A DNA stretch of 24,615 nt from a virus (lineage: Duplodnaviria > Caudoviricetes). A program made the translations under genes and the position numbers. Under the pieces are notes generated by a model that saw only the letters and a list, made by a program, of their open reading frames with translations, had not been told where the DNA came from and did not search any database. Positions 1 to 8,170 of this stretch are shown in pieces. Each line of letters starts with the position of its first letter. Position 1 is the stretch's first letter. The stretch lies in IMG/VR virus record IMGVR_UViG_3300030433_002199, positions 1-24,615 of that record. One strand, 5' to 3'.

Positions 1-1
1 C

Positions 2-94
2 CAGAAGGAAATCGAGCAGGCAATCGCGATGCTCACCTTCATGGGCGCGAAGCTGGATGAACTGGAATCTCAGGGAGTGCAGATAGATGAATGA
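2..94 (+). CDS. 3' end of a hypothetical protein (partial)
   Basis: Open frame QKEIEQAIAMLTFMGAKLDELESQGVQIDE* from the window edge; its stop overlaps the next start. Confidence 0.6.
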   Translation, partial: QKEIEQAIAMLTFMGAKLDELESQGVQIDE

Positions 95-182
95 ATTAGG
101 AGAACACTGGGCCGCTCTGCTGGCGGTCATCATTTTGCACCTGTGCTTTTTGGCATACGAAACCTACACACTAGGAGGGTAA
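87..182 (+). CDS. Small membrane peptide, 31 aa (not in ORF track)
   Basis: MNELGEHWAALLAVIILHLCFLAYETYTLGG*. GGGAG at 73-77, a single hydrophobic stretch, and it fills the gap between its neighbours. Confidence 0.6.
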   Translation: MNELGEHWAALLAVIILHLCFLAYETYTLGG

Positions 183-186
183 TTTC

Positions 187-411
187 ATGGAAGAACTTGA
201 GTTTCAATTTTTTGACCTGCTTCAGAAGCATGACCTTGGTTACGACAGAAGTTGTGATCACGGGTTCTGGATGAAGGAGTCCACAAAGCGCAGGGTAATT
301 GCGCAGTGGCTGAAGGATCATCCCAGCCTGAACTGGATCTGGGATGCCTACTGCCGTCGGTTCAACGAGGGCCGACGCCCCCTCAGTCTGGAGGAACTGC
401 GGCGTGATTGA
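187..411 (+). CDS. Hypothetical protein, 74 aa
   Basis: GGAGG RBS upstream; its stop overlaps the next GTG start. Confidence 0.75.
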   Translation: MEELEFQFFDLLQKHDLGYDRSCDHGFWMKESTKRRVIAQWLKDHPSLNWIWDAYCRRFNEGRRPLSLEELRRD

Positions 412-811
412 AGGAATTACCGGCCCAGAAGTAAGGAAACTCGCGGAAAAGTGGCGATCTGGGTGGACAATGCGAGCGCTTGTAACTGCCAGCAACATCC
501 CACAGCATAGACTCCGCAGGTACATCCGTATCTATGAGTCACTAGGGGAAAACGCTTTCGTGTCAGAGCAAAGGCAGTTGAGCTATCGGCACAGCAATAA
601 TCGACAACTTCGGAAGCTGGTGGAGAAGCATTCTCTTACCAGAACCGAGTTGGCCGACTTGCTGAGCGCCCCGATCAATACCGTGAAGAACTGGCTAAGA
701 GGGGAGGATGCGAAAGCATTCACCCCGATGCCCAACTACGCCCTCGAACTCCTGCAAATCAAATTGCGGGAGGGGAAGGCACTCGAAGAAATGCGACGGG
801 CCACGGATTAG
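404..811 (+). CDS. HTH DNA-binding protein (C-terminal XRE-like HTH, possible second N-terminal HTH)
   Basis: GTG at 404 with GGAGG at 390-394 (preferred over 344). LTRTELADLLSAPINTVKNWLRG is an XRE-type HTH. Confidence 0.8.
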   Translation: MIEGITGPEVRKLAEKWRSGWTMRALVTASNIPQHRLRRYIRIYESLGENAFVSEQRQLSYRHSNNRQLRKLVEKHSLTRTELADLLSAPINTVKNWLRGEDAKAFTPMPNYALELLQIKLREGKALEEMRRATD

Positions 812-1007
812 GCTCGTCCACTTCTCCCACCAGACTGTCTGCGACCATGTCGAATAAGCCGTACCAATCGCCGTTGTCGGAGCTTCCGTAGACCAAGTAC
901 AGTCCCTCGACTTCGGGGGACTTTTCCTCAAAGAAAGTCCAACCCTCCCTGTGCAGGAACACGACATTGTCCCTGCGCTCCAGAACGTGCGCGGCCTCGG
1001 TCATCAT
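759..1007 (-). CDS. Hypothetical phage protein (DUF551-like pattern)
   Basis: W...P...GLYLV...W...P.PP pattern typical of small phage proteins; last gene of the leftward operon. Confidence 0.6.
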   Translation of the reverse strand: MMTEAAHVLERRDNVVFLHREGWTFFEEKSPEVEGLYLVYGSSDNGDWYGLFDMVADSLVGEVDEPNPWPVAFLRVPSPPAI

Positions 1008-1305
1008 CTATCCTCTGTTGTTGCGGTGGGTGACGACGCTTCCAAAGCCTTTGCACCCCGAATTTAACTTCGTCTCGAATGCCTATCAGAAGCCCATCGT
1101 CTTCAGGATAAGTATCGATGACCTCCCTCCTCTCAGCCAGACTTGACAGTTCAGCGATGCGTGAACTCACGAAGATCAGGCACAATTTCATCGCCAGATC
1201 TTGAAATTCTGGAGCCAGTTGTTCCTCTAGATAGGCCTTGATGTCGGGGTATCTCAGATGCTCTGCGGCCTGCATCGAAATCACCCGCAGTTCAGCGGGA
1301 CGCAA
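928..1305 (-). CDS. Hypothetical protein
   Basis: In operon; start overlaps the 3' end of the resolvase; helical composition. Confidence 0.65.
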   Translation of the reverse strand: MRPAELRVISMQAAEHLRYPDIKAYLEEQLAPEFQDLAMKLCLIFVSSRIAELSSLAERREVIDTYPEDDGLLIGIRDEVKFGVQRLWKRRHPPQQQRIDDDRGRARSGAQGQCRVPAQGGLDFL

Positions 1306-1693
1306 TCGCTTCCCTCGCTATCATGATGAAGTCGAACCAATCGATCACCGCCTTGCAGTCGTTGGTCTTCGGAAAATCTGGATTGATCGCGTACAGCGGC
1401 ACTACGCAGTGCGTTGGCTGTCGATCAAACCTGTAGACCAGAGCAGGAATCAGGTCATGCTCGTCTGCCGCAACGACCACTTGGTCCCACCACTCTTGGT
1501 GATACATCCCTCCCCTCGCATATCGCTTGCACTCAATCGCGAATGGCGGCACGAAGATGTCGGGCAGGCTGTTCTCTCTGTACTGATCGAGGATCCGCTT
1601 GATCGGCTCGTCCACGATCTTCCCCAGTTCAGCCCGTAGCTGGTTAACGATCTCCCTCTCGAAGTTCAGTCCCTTACGCCGCGAGTTCACCAT
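1292..1693 (-). CDS. Holliday junction resolvase-like PD-(D/E)XK nuclease (Hjc/T5 D14-like)
   Basis: SRRKGLNFERE ... LPDI ... AIECKR motif. Confidence 0.85.
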   Translation of the reverse strand: MVNSRRKGLNFEREIVNQLRAELGKIVDEPIKRILDQYRENSLPDIFVPPFAIECKRYARGGMYHQEWWDQVVVAADEHDLIPALVYRFDRQPTHCVVPLYAINPDFPKTNDCKAVIDWFDFIMIAREAIASR

Positions 1694-1952
1694 TCGTAGG
1701 CCTCCATGGCTTGCTCATCCACTCGCGTCTCCAAGTAACGCACTCGTACAGGGCTCTATCTCTCCCGTGCTTGCCCATCTCAATCGCTACCCGAATCTTC
1801 TCCTGCTGTACTCCCAGATAGATCATCAGGCGTACCTCGCTCATCGGGATTTGCATCTTGTGAACTAGCTCTTCAGCCGTGAAGGAGATCAGTCCCATCC
1901 CCATCAGGCGCTCTAGATTCTGTGGTGCTTTTGTTTCTGGTTTTTTAGCCAT
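1674..1952 (-). CDS. Hypothetical protein, possible winged helix
   Basis: In operon; FTAEELVHKMQIPMSEVRLMI resembles a wHTH. Confidence 0.65.
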   Translation of the reverse strand: MAKKPETKAPQNLERLMGMGLISFTAEELVHKMQIPMSEVRLMIYLGVQQEKIRVAIEMGKHGRDRALYECVTWRREWMSKPWRPTNGELAA

Positions 1953-2214
1953 TTTCCCCGCCCTCCATTTTTTCCAGTGCGACGAGAGCGAGCAGGCAGT
2001 AGTGAGCCATCTTCAAGATGTCATGCTCTGGCTGTGCCCCGTCTTTTTTACCCAGCCTTGCGGCGTACTTGATGACGCAAGCCATCGCGTGATCTCTCCC
2101 GTAACCAGAGTCGATGATCAGATCGATTGCCTGCGTCCCGTTCTTTGCGTAGTGCTCGGCGTAAGTGCCCAGCACATACGACTCAAGCTTCTTCAGCGCT
2201 TTCTTCTCTCTCAT
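1945..2214 (-). CDS. DUF3310 family protein (T7 gp1.7/SaV-like)
   Basis: HY....QAIDLI ... VIKYAARLGKKDG ... DILKMAHY signature. Confidence 0.85.
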   Translation of the reverse strand: MREKKALKKLESYVLGTYAEHYAKNGTQAIDLIIDSGYGRDHAMACVIKYAARLGKKDGAQPEHDILKMAHYCLLALVALEKMEGGENG

Positions 2215-2719
2215 CGTTACCTCCCAGCTTCCTCAACACTTTTTCTAGATCTGCCATGTCTTTGAGTAACGTGTGCTTGATCTTTCCCGAGTCTTTTTTC
2301 TCAGCGAATCCTTGTGACGTCTCTTCTCCCTGCTTAACGATTCGACACCGATTCCAAAAAGCTTTTTTGGTTATCCATCCGCCAAAAACCACGCCCTCAT
2401 CGTGCTCGCTTGCGAAAACGTAAATGTCGCAACCGAAGTGCCTTTGAGTGCAGTTGACGTGGCCTTCAAACAGTTCGTGGTTGTAAGGCACCTTCCTGCG
2501 CTTGGTTTTCACATCGACCGTCACATCCCTTGTCCCGAGATGGATGATGTAGTCGTGGTGCATAGTCTCTGAGCCGCAAGACGTGTAAGCGAATCGATGG
2601 AAAAGCAACCAGTTCCCGAACTCCTTCTCCCCGCTAAACCCTGTCTCCTGCCCTGAGCCGTCCTTCAGAATCGTCGTGGCGTTGTAAGCCTCGCCAGTTG
2701 AGTAGCCTTTTTCGCTCAA
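2183..2719 (-). CDS. Putative PD-(D/E)XK endonuclease
   Basis: GFSGE ... DYII ... VDVKTK ... CDIYVF ... GWI. TTG start coupled to the upstream stop. Confidence 0.7.
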   Translation of the reverse strand: MSEKGYSTGEAYNATTILKDGSGQETGFSGEKEFGNWLLFHRFAYTSCGSETMHHDYIIHLGTRDVTVDVKTKRRKVPYNHELFEGHVNCTQRHFGCDIYVFASEHDEGVVFGGWITKKAFWNRCRIVKQGEETSQGFAEKKDSGKIKHTLLKDMADLEKVLRKLGGNDEREESAEEA

Positions 2720-3033
2720 GCTTTCTCCTCCCTGAGTTTGTTCACCAACTCCTCGACGATGAACATCAGTTCAATCTCAGGCCCATACCGCTCCTCGAAT
2801 CGGCGCTTGTATGGATGCCTGCTTGTGAACTGCGCGGTATCGCTCCCCTGTCGGTGATGGAAGTAACAAAGGGGGATGATGTGAAAGTGCGCACCCACCT
2901 TTGTCTTGCCGTCCAAGTGGTGAATTTCCGCAGGGGTTTCACCGTGACCTTCTCTCCGACAGACGATGCAACCCAGTGAAGCGACATCGTCCATCCACCT
3001 TTTCTCATCAGCCGTTGGAGTGCGGCCCTTCAC
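2716..3033 (-). CDS. ref: Ref-like RecA-dependent HNH nuclease
   Basis: GCIVC ... PAEIHH ... IPLCYFHHR pattern of the P1 Ref/HNH family. Confidence 0.85.
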   Translation of the reverse strand: MKGRTPTADEKRWMDDVASLGCIVCRREGHGETPAEIHHLDGKTKVGAHFHIIPLCYFHHRQGSDTAQFTSRHPYKRRFEERYGPEIELMFIVEELVNKLREEKA

Positions 3034-3221
3034 TTCTTGACTGGCCTCCCGATCACACCCTCCGTTGCGATGGCCTTCCTTCCGTGCTTCGCCAGCACCT
3101 CATTGATGGCCTCGATCAGGATCGAGTTCAGGGGTTTCTTCTGCTTCCGTGCCAAGATCTGTAGTGACTTGAGCGCCTTGGTATTCAACCGACACGTCAC
3201 TGCTTTTCGCTCTTCCCTCAT
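3030..3221 (-). CDS. Ribbon-helix-helix DNA-binding protein
   Basis: AVTCRLNTKALKSLQILARKQKKPLNSILIEAINEVL; overlapping start/stop junctions on both sides. Confidence 0.8.
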   Translation of the reverse strand: MREERKAVTCRLNTKALKSLQILARKQKKPLNSILIEAINEVLAKHGRKAIATEGVIGRPVKK

Positions 3222-3553
3222 GCGTTGTATGCCCTCCTCTCTAGGCGATTACTTGCTTTCTCCGAGCGCCATTGCTCGAACTCAATTTCGCAGGCTCTGA
3301 ACTCAGCCTTCGCCGCCGCGAGCATTCCCTTGGCGACACCCCTGTTCACGCGGGCGTTGTAGACCTCTCCCTGTAGGTCTGCGAATCTCATCTGGGCGGC
3401 GGCTGTCTTATGCCCCTCCCCCTCCGCCACGACCATCGCTTTGGCGTAGACCATCTTTTCTGTGGCCTCTGCCCTGCCGATCTCCTCTTCGGCTGAGCGC
3501 ATCTGCTCTCCGGCCTCCCTGATCTTCATTGCGTAGCGTTCTTCTTCCATCAC
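3218..3553 (-). CDS. Hypothetical coiled-coil protein
   Basis: GGAGG RBS; 4-nt overlaps with both neighbours. Confidence 0.8.
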   Translation of the reverse strand: MMEEERYAMKIREAGEQMRSAEEEIGRAEATEKMVYAKAMVVAEGEGHKTAAAQMRFADLQGEVYNARVNRGVAKGMLAAAKAEFRACEIEFEQWRSEKASNRLERRAYNA

Positions 3554-4506
3554 CCCTCCAGTTCTGGCCTGTAAACAAATGGCTTACCGCTCTTCGTATG
3601 GAAGGCTCTGGCATCTGTGCGCCACAGCCCAATGTTTGACTCGAAGCCGACCATGCGTTGCTTTTTGATCATCAGCGTGACGTCCGGCTGGGCCAGTAGA
3701 TCGACGTCGTCATCTCTTGGGGCGGCTCCTTGCGTTAGCCAGAACTGCCGATCCTTTTTCTTTTTGTTGGCCCAGCAGGCTAGGACGTTCATCGCGTTAT
3801 CAGCCAATCCCCCACTGCCTTTTAAGTCATCAATCTTGGGGCGTGGGTTATCGGAGTCCGACTGCCCACTCTTGCGGGAGTGATGCACCAAAATTAGGTG
3901 GGCATCGTGAACGCGAACCAAGTTGGTCAACTCGACCACAAAGTCTCGCTCCAGATTGAGATCAGTCATGGGCATCGTGATCCGCTGGAGGCAGTCCAGC
4001 ACGATCAACTTGCAACCCTGCTTCAGCATGTGATTGACCTTCGCAAGTGCGGCGTGTGGCTTATCGACCATCTCGTTGATGACGTACAGGTAGTCATCCA
4101 TGAGAGCCATGCACTTTTCGACGTAGCCGTCAGTCGGGTTTTCGTTGTTAGCTAGTTGGTTTGCCATCAGGTTCAGCAGATATGGCGTGTCCATCTCATA
4201 GCTGATGTAGCCCGCCTTGATCCTGTGCATGACGTAGTCGGCGACCAGATAGTTGGCCACCGTAGACTTGTAGGATCCTCTGGTGCCAAACAGGATCGTG
4301 ACCTCGCGGGGGCGAAGCGCGAATCTTTCGCCATCCCTGTCCCAGAAGGGGTAAAACGCATCCCTGTTGACGCCGTACTTTTTCCACTCAAGAACCTGCT
4401 CCGTGAACTCGCCTGCGGTGAAGACGTTCTGGAAGCCCTCAAGCGATGAGTTGATGTCCAAGTCTTCGAGTTGCATGAACTCGCTGTCGGCTGGCTTCCT
4501 AGACAT
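3550..4506 (-). CDS. SF4 replicative helicase (DnaB/T7 gp4-like), no primase domain
   Basis: Walker A GTRGSYKST, YISYEM, Walker B LIVLD, LILVHHSRK, DLKGSG. True start MSRKP at 4506 with AGGAGG RBS (track start 4635 is over-extended). Confidence 0.9.
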   Translation of the reverse strand: MSRKPADSEFMQLEDLDINSSLEGFQNVFTAGEFTEQVLEWKKYGVNRDAFYPFWDRDGERFALRPREVTILFGTRGSYKSTVANYLVADYVMHRIKAGYISYEMDTPYLLNLMANQLANNENPTDGYVEKCMALMDDYLYVINEMVDKPHAALAKVNHMLKQGCKLIVLDCLQRITMPMTDLNLERDFVVELTNLVRVHDAHLILVHHSRKSGQSDSDNPRPKIDDLKGSGGLADNAMNVLACWANKKKKDRQFWLTQGAAPRDDDVDLLAQPDVTLMIKKQRMVGFESNIGLWRTDARAFHTKSGKPFVYRPELEG

Positions 4507-5137
4507 AGAGATCCTCCTCCTTCTGCTCTGGCATGGAGATCTCGTCGAGCCAGCGCTCTTGGTTGATGTAGGTTTCTGGATTCGGGATGTAGCGAGGATC
4601 GGAAGGCCAGACCCGCTGGCGCAGATCCTTTTCAATCTCCGCGAGGGTGGTCATAGACAGCTTCATCAGCTTTGGGATGCACTTGGACTTAGCAACCTTC
4701 TTCGGATAGCGCATCCAGATCTTTGCTATCAGTTCATCCTTTTCAGTGTCACGTGACTGTCCCGTGACTGTCACACTCTGTTCTTTATTCTTACTTCTTA
4801 ATTCTTTTTCTTTAGCGAGCTTCTCTCTTGCGCGTTGCCTTCTCTTCCTAGCCGCGCCCGTCGCGTCAGAACTCTGCTTGTCTTCCCAGTTGATGATGTC
4901 CCAGTCTTCCGCGATCAATTCGACGTCCATCAGGCGCTCCTTCACCGCCGCCATCTCGACAGGCGTGAGGCCCAGATGGACTGACAGCATCTGGTCACGG
5001 AGCTTGTCGCTAGGTTGATCGAGCGTCCCGTCTGCTTTGGCGCACATCAGAGAGACGTAGTGCCAGCGGTCCTCGAAGGACAGGATTCTCAGGCGGGGAT
5101 GGTTTGCGATCTCGGGGTACAGCTTGAACCACTTCAT
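4499..5137 (-). CDS. Phage replication initiator (lambda O-like organiser)
   Basis: MKWFKLY N-terminus, INWEDKQ, AARKRRQRAR, C-terminal WMRYPKKVAK...IPNPETYINQERW. Contains internal iterons; ATGA overlap with the upstream gene. Confidence 0.85.
   Translation of the reverse strand: MKWFKLYPEIANHPRLRILSFEDRWHYVSLMCAKADGTLDQPSDKLRDQMLSVHLGLTPVEMAAVKERLMDVELIAEDWDIINWEDKQSSDATGAARKRRQRAREKLAKEKELRSKNKEQSVTVTGQSRDTEKDELIAKIWMRYPKKVAKSKCIPKLMKLSMTTLAEIEKDLRQRVWPSDPRYIPNPETYINQERWLDEISMPEQKEEDLYV
4746..4814. repeat. Putative replication origin: iterons plus AT-rich tract
   Basis: CGTGACTGTC at 4752-4761 and 4763-4772; TGTC(A/C)C three times at 11-bp period; GTGAC/GTCAC dyads; T-rich tract at 4781-4814. 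Confidence 0.7.
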
Positions 5138-5583
5138 GCTTCGCGGCTCCAAGCGTTTTTCTTGTAGAACTCCAGCGCGTTGCAGTTCAGTCGGCGCGAC
5201 TCACGTTTGACTGCGGCCTGAAACTTCTCCCAGTCCTGCTTGCTGAACTGGTTGCGCGGCTGGTCAAGGCCGATGCGGACGATGAACTCGTCGTCTTCCG
5301 GCACCCAGTTTTTGGGCCTGCGGAATCCTTCGCGGTGGGTGTAGGGATCGTCGGGGAATAAGTCATTCTCAGACATCCCCACAGATTCCATGATGTCTTT
5401 CGGCGCACAGCCGTGGCTCCGGCAGATCATAATGATCGCGCCAGTGCGGCCTATTTGGATATCGAGGGAGGGGCTTTTATCGTTATGCGCTGGACATCGT
5501 GCGCGGTACTTGTTATCCCCAGTGCTTCGAGCGTACTCAAGCTTGGATACGAATTCTTCTAGCTTCTCTCGTATTCCCATCAC
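5134..5583 (-). CDS. Primase-type zinc-binding domain protein
   Basis: RCPAHNDKSPSL ... C(RSHG)C ... DIMESVGM..DLF; AAGGGGGG RBS. Confidence 0.85.
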   Translation of the reverse strand: MMGIREKLEEFVSKLEYARSTGDNKYRARCPAHNDKSPSLDIQIGRTGAIIMICRSHGCAPKDIMESVGMSENDLFPDDPYTHREGFRRPKNWVPEDDEFIVRIGLDQPRNQFSKQDWEKFQAAVKRESRRLNCNALEFYKKNAWSREA

Positions 5584-5618
5584 GGCCCCCCTTAGCCATG
5601 TTTAAAACTTGATGTCAC

Positions 5619-5647
5619 ATATTAAAACGGGTTCGGGCACATGGCAA
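5619..5647 (-). promoter_or_regulatory. Sigma70 promoter for the replication operon
   Basis: Minus strand TTGCCA-17 nt-TAATAT. Confidence 0.7.
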
Positions 5648-5707
5648 GTGTCAGCTTATGCTGATCTACGATCTCACAAATGCAACACTTAAACTGTAAA
5701 ATCTAAG

Positions 5708-5736
5708 TTGACATCAGCTTTCACTGAGGGTTAAAT
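5708..5736 (+). promoter_or_regulatory. Putative sigma70 promoter for the repressor
   Basis: TTGACA-17 nt-TTAAAT. Confidence 0.5.
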
Positions 5737-5806
5737 CTCAAATGTCCGGACAGATTTCTCACTAGCCGGACGCCAAATTCACAAATGAGAACAAAGGAAA
5801 ATTAAA

Positions 5807-6247
5807 ATGCCTGTAGTTGCGATGAACGACGAGACTTCCGAAATCAAACGGGAGCAGAGGTCGGAGCGGTTCAAGGCGGTACTAAAAAGACACGGGATAG
5901 CAGAGCATGGCGCTCAGACAGCTATCGCAAAGGAAGTAGGCGTATCAGATGCGACAGTTGCCGCATGGATGCGAGGCTCAATGCCAAGAGATCCAGAGGT
6001 GTTGTTTCGTTTCTGTGATGTCTACGACGTCGATCCTTACTGGTGGACAAGCGGGCAGTCTCGGCCTCGCGATTCTATTGATCAAGAAAAGTTAGTTCGT
6101 TCGTGTACGACTGTTCACGGATACTGCGAATCAAACGGATTGAAAGTAAGCCAAGAGCAGATGGCCTTGTTGTGCGCGAAGGTGTACGACGACCCCGCTG
6201 GCGCTCAAGCTTATTTAGAACAGATGGCACCCTTTTTCGCCAGTTAA
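5807..6247 (+). CDS. CI-like HTH repressor (no S24 peptidase domain)
   Basis: AQTAIAKEVGVSDATVAAWMRGSMP...LFRFCDVYDVDPYWWTSG XRE HTH; divergent from the replication operon. Confidence 0.85.
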   Translation: MPVVAMNDETSEIKREQRSERFKAVLKRHGIAEHGAQTAIAKEVGVSDATVAAWMRGSMPRDPEVLFRFCDVYDVDPYWWTSGQSRPRDSIDQEKLVRSCTTVHGYCESNGLKVSQEQMALLCAKVYDDPAGAQAYLEQMAPFFAS

Positions 6248-6288
6248 AATGGTGTGTCGCATCATGATACATATCTCCAGATAATAAG

Positions 6289-6317
6289 TTGACACTACCA
6301 TTTAGCTGTTGTTTACT
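6289..6317 (+). promoter_or_regulatory. Putative promoter for the recombination operon
   Basis: TTGACA-17 nt-TTTACT; overlapped by the ATAAGTTGACACT repeat motif. Confidence 0.5.
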
Positions 6318-6341
6318 CCTCTTTAACCAAGGGGGGCAAAC

Positions 6342-7001
6342 ATGCCAGCAAATAAGAAAGAGATCTTCGAGACCCTCTCAAAGATTCCAGTCAGCGATTA
6401 TGTAAAGCACTCAAAAGTCGAGGACTACGACGGGGCTATCACGTACCTGCCGTACCTCCCTTGGCAACACGCTCATCAGTTGATGATGGAGCACTATCCA
6501 CAGTACGAGTGGAGCTTCTCAGAAAACCCTGACGGCCTAGAGGTCTTTTACTTCAACGACAAAACCGCCGAGGTGCGGGTCGTGATGTCTATCGATGACG
6601 TCACCATGATTGCGTCGAAGACTGTGACCAACGGCAAAGGTCGTGCCGCGACCAATCCAGACGCAAACGATATTCACAACGCCAAGATGCGATGCCGCAC
6701 ACGCGCCATGGCAGAGCTAGGTCTTGGCTGGGATCTCTGGATCAACCCGCAGAACTATCCCTACACGGAACCTAAGAGCGCCGTTAAAGAGGCGTTAAAA
6801 AAAGCCGAGGACAGCAAGGCAGAAAAGCCCGAGCAGTCCAAGGCGGAAGATCTTTTCTCGTCACTGCTGGACATGGATGACGAGAAGAAGGCCAAGGCTG
6901 AATTAGCGAAAGTTAAGAACGCTTGGAAGATCCGCAAGATGGACATGGACGAACTAGAAAAGCGGTGGAGTGAACTGAAAAAAACGAAAGGATGGAAATG
7001 A
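6342..7001 (+). CDS. Single-strand annealing protein (Sak3/DUF1071-like)
   Basis: YLPWQHAH ... NPDANDIHNAKMRCRTRAMAELGLGWDLW; adjacent to exonuclease and SSB. Confidence 0.85.
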   Translation: MPANKKEIFETLSKIPVSDYVKHSKVEDYDGAITYLPYLPWQHAHQLMMEHYPQYEWSFSENPDGLEVFYFNDKTAEVRVVMSIDDVTMIASKTVTNGKGRAATNPDANDIHNAKMRCRTRAMAELGLGWDLWINPQNYPYTEPKSAVKEALKKAEDSKAEKPEQSKAEDLFSSLLDMDDEKKAKAELAKVKNAWKIRKMDMDELEKRWSELKKTKGWK

Positions 7002-7063
7002 AAATGGGAATTAAAAGATGGTGGACCGAATGCGACTCAGCATTCTGGAGGGGGTGGAGATGA
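6998..7063 (+). CDS. Micro-ORF, 21 aa, Trp-rich
   Basis: MKMGIKRWWTECDSAFWRGWR*; ATGA-coupled at both ends. Confidence 0.4.
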   Translation: MKMGIKRWWTECDSAFWRGWR

Positions 7064-7161
7064 GTAGTCAATCAACCGGATATCAAAGCCGAGGATCCGC
7101 ATCTAGCTGGACGCAAGAGCAAAACGTAATTATGGGATGGGGGTCAACATGGGTGCAGTAG
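7060..7161 (+). CDS. Micro-ORF, 33 aa
   Basis: MSSQSTGYQSRGSASSWTQEQNVIMGWGSTWVQ*; GGAGG upstream and ATGA coupling. Confidence 0.4.
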   Translation: MSSQSTGYQSRGSASSWTQEQNVIMGWGSTWVQ

Positions 7162-8168
7162 AGCAAGGCTCCGCTGAATGGCTGGAGCAAAGACGAGGAA
7201 AGATAAGTGGCACTGCGGTAGGCGTCCTCGAAAACTGTAGCCCCTATCAAAAGCAAGACGATCTGTTGCGTTCGATGGTGAGAGACCTCGCCGGAGCGCC
7301 TTCAGAATTTAAGATGAACCCCGCTGTAGAGCATGGCCATGCAATGGAGCCAGTCGCGAAGCAGTGGTATGAGAAAGCGTTCAACGTAATCGTTGATGAA
7401 ACGGACTTTGTCGTACACCCAGTGTACGAGTTCCTCGGGGCGTCACCTGACGGCCTTGTTGGACTGGATGGTGCGATAGAGATCAAATGTCCGTACCCGC
7501 GCTTCACTAAAGCACCCTACTCTGTCTTCGACGCGAAGAAGAAGATGTACCTGCGCCAGTGCCAACTGGTTATGGAAGTGTGTCAGGTGGATTGGCTGGA
7601 CTTTATCTGCTACCTCGCGCCTCACGCTGATGCGCATCCCGAGCACAACATCGAGCGGTTGCACAGGGATGACCAGTGGCTTCATGAGGATCTCTCAGGA
7701 TCCCTCCTACCTACTCCGAAAGCTGGGACGGTGCCGAGGATTGACCTGTATGCGGAGTGGCATGAGTTCATCATCGCGGAACATGACAGCCCGACCCGTC
7801 GCAAGAAGCATACCGAAGCGGCGAAGGACATTTACGAGGTGGTCGAGAATGAGTCGCTGGCGATCCTGTCTGCCGCGCTGACCAAGAAGGCCAAGCTTGA
7901 ATCCGAGAACTCTGAGTTGCTCGCGGAGATAGCTGTCCTCGAAAGCACAATCAACGACACCAAGAAGCTGGTCGCTGATGAATACGGTAAGAACGTGACA
8001 GACGGTGTCGCCAAGGTTCAGGTGATCCACCGCAAGCCCACGTTTGAATACCGCAAAGCATTTGAAGCCCTCGGGGGTGACGCCGCGCTACTGGCTGGTG
8101 GTCATGACATCGATGATTTCAGATCAACGTCGAATACACGACAAATCAAAGTGAAAATTGGAGAGTAA
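7149..8168 (+). CDS. YqaJ-like (lambda exonuclease family) recombinase
   Basis: QGSAEWLEQRRGKISG, HGHAMEP, LGASPDG, IEIKCP, QCQ. Start at 7149 or 7137. Confidence 0.93.
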   Translation: MGAVEQGSAEWLEQRRGKISGTAVGVLENCSPYQKQDDLLRSMVRDLAGAPSEFKMNPAVEHGHAMEPVAKQWYEKAFNVIVDETDFVVHPVYEFLGASPDGLVGLDGAIEIKCPYPRFTKAPYSVFDAKKKMYLRQCQLVMEVCQVDWLDFICYLAPHADAHPEHNIERLHRDDQWLHEDLSGSLLPTPKAGTVPRIDLYAEWHEFIIAEHDSPTRRKKHTEAAKDIYEVVENESLAILSAALTKKAKLESENSELLAEIAVLESTINDTKKLVADEYGKNVTDGVAKVQVIHRKPTFEYRKAFEALGGDAALLAGGHDIDDFRSTSNTRQIKVKIGE

Positions 8169-8170
8169 AA

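Noticed and set aside
4507-4635. N-terminal extension of the helicase given in the ORF track
   Set aside because: Overlaps the initiator gene; a strong AGGAGG RBS supports the start at 4506.
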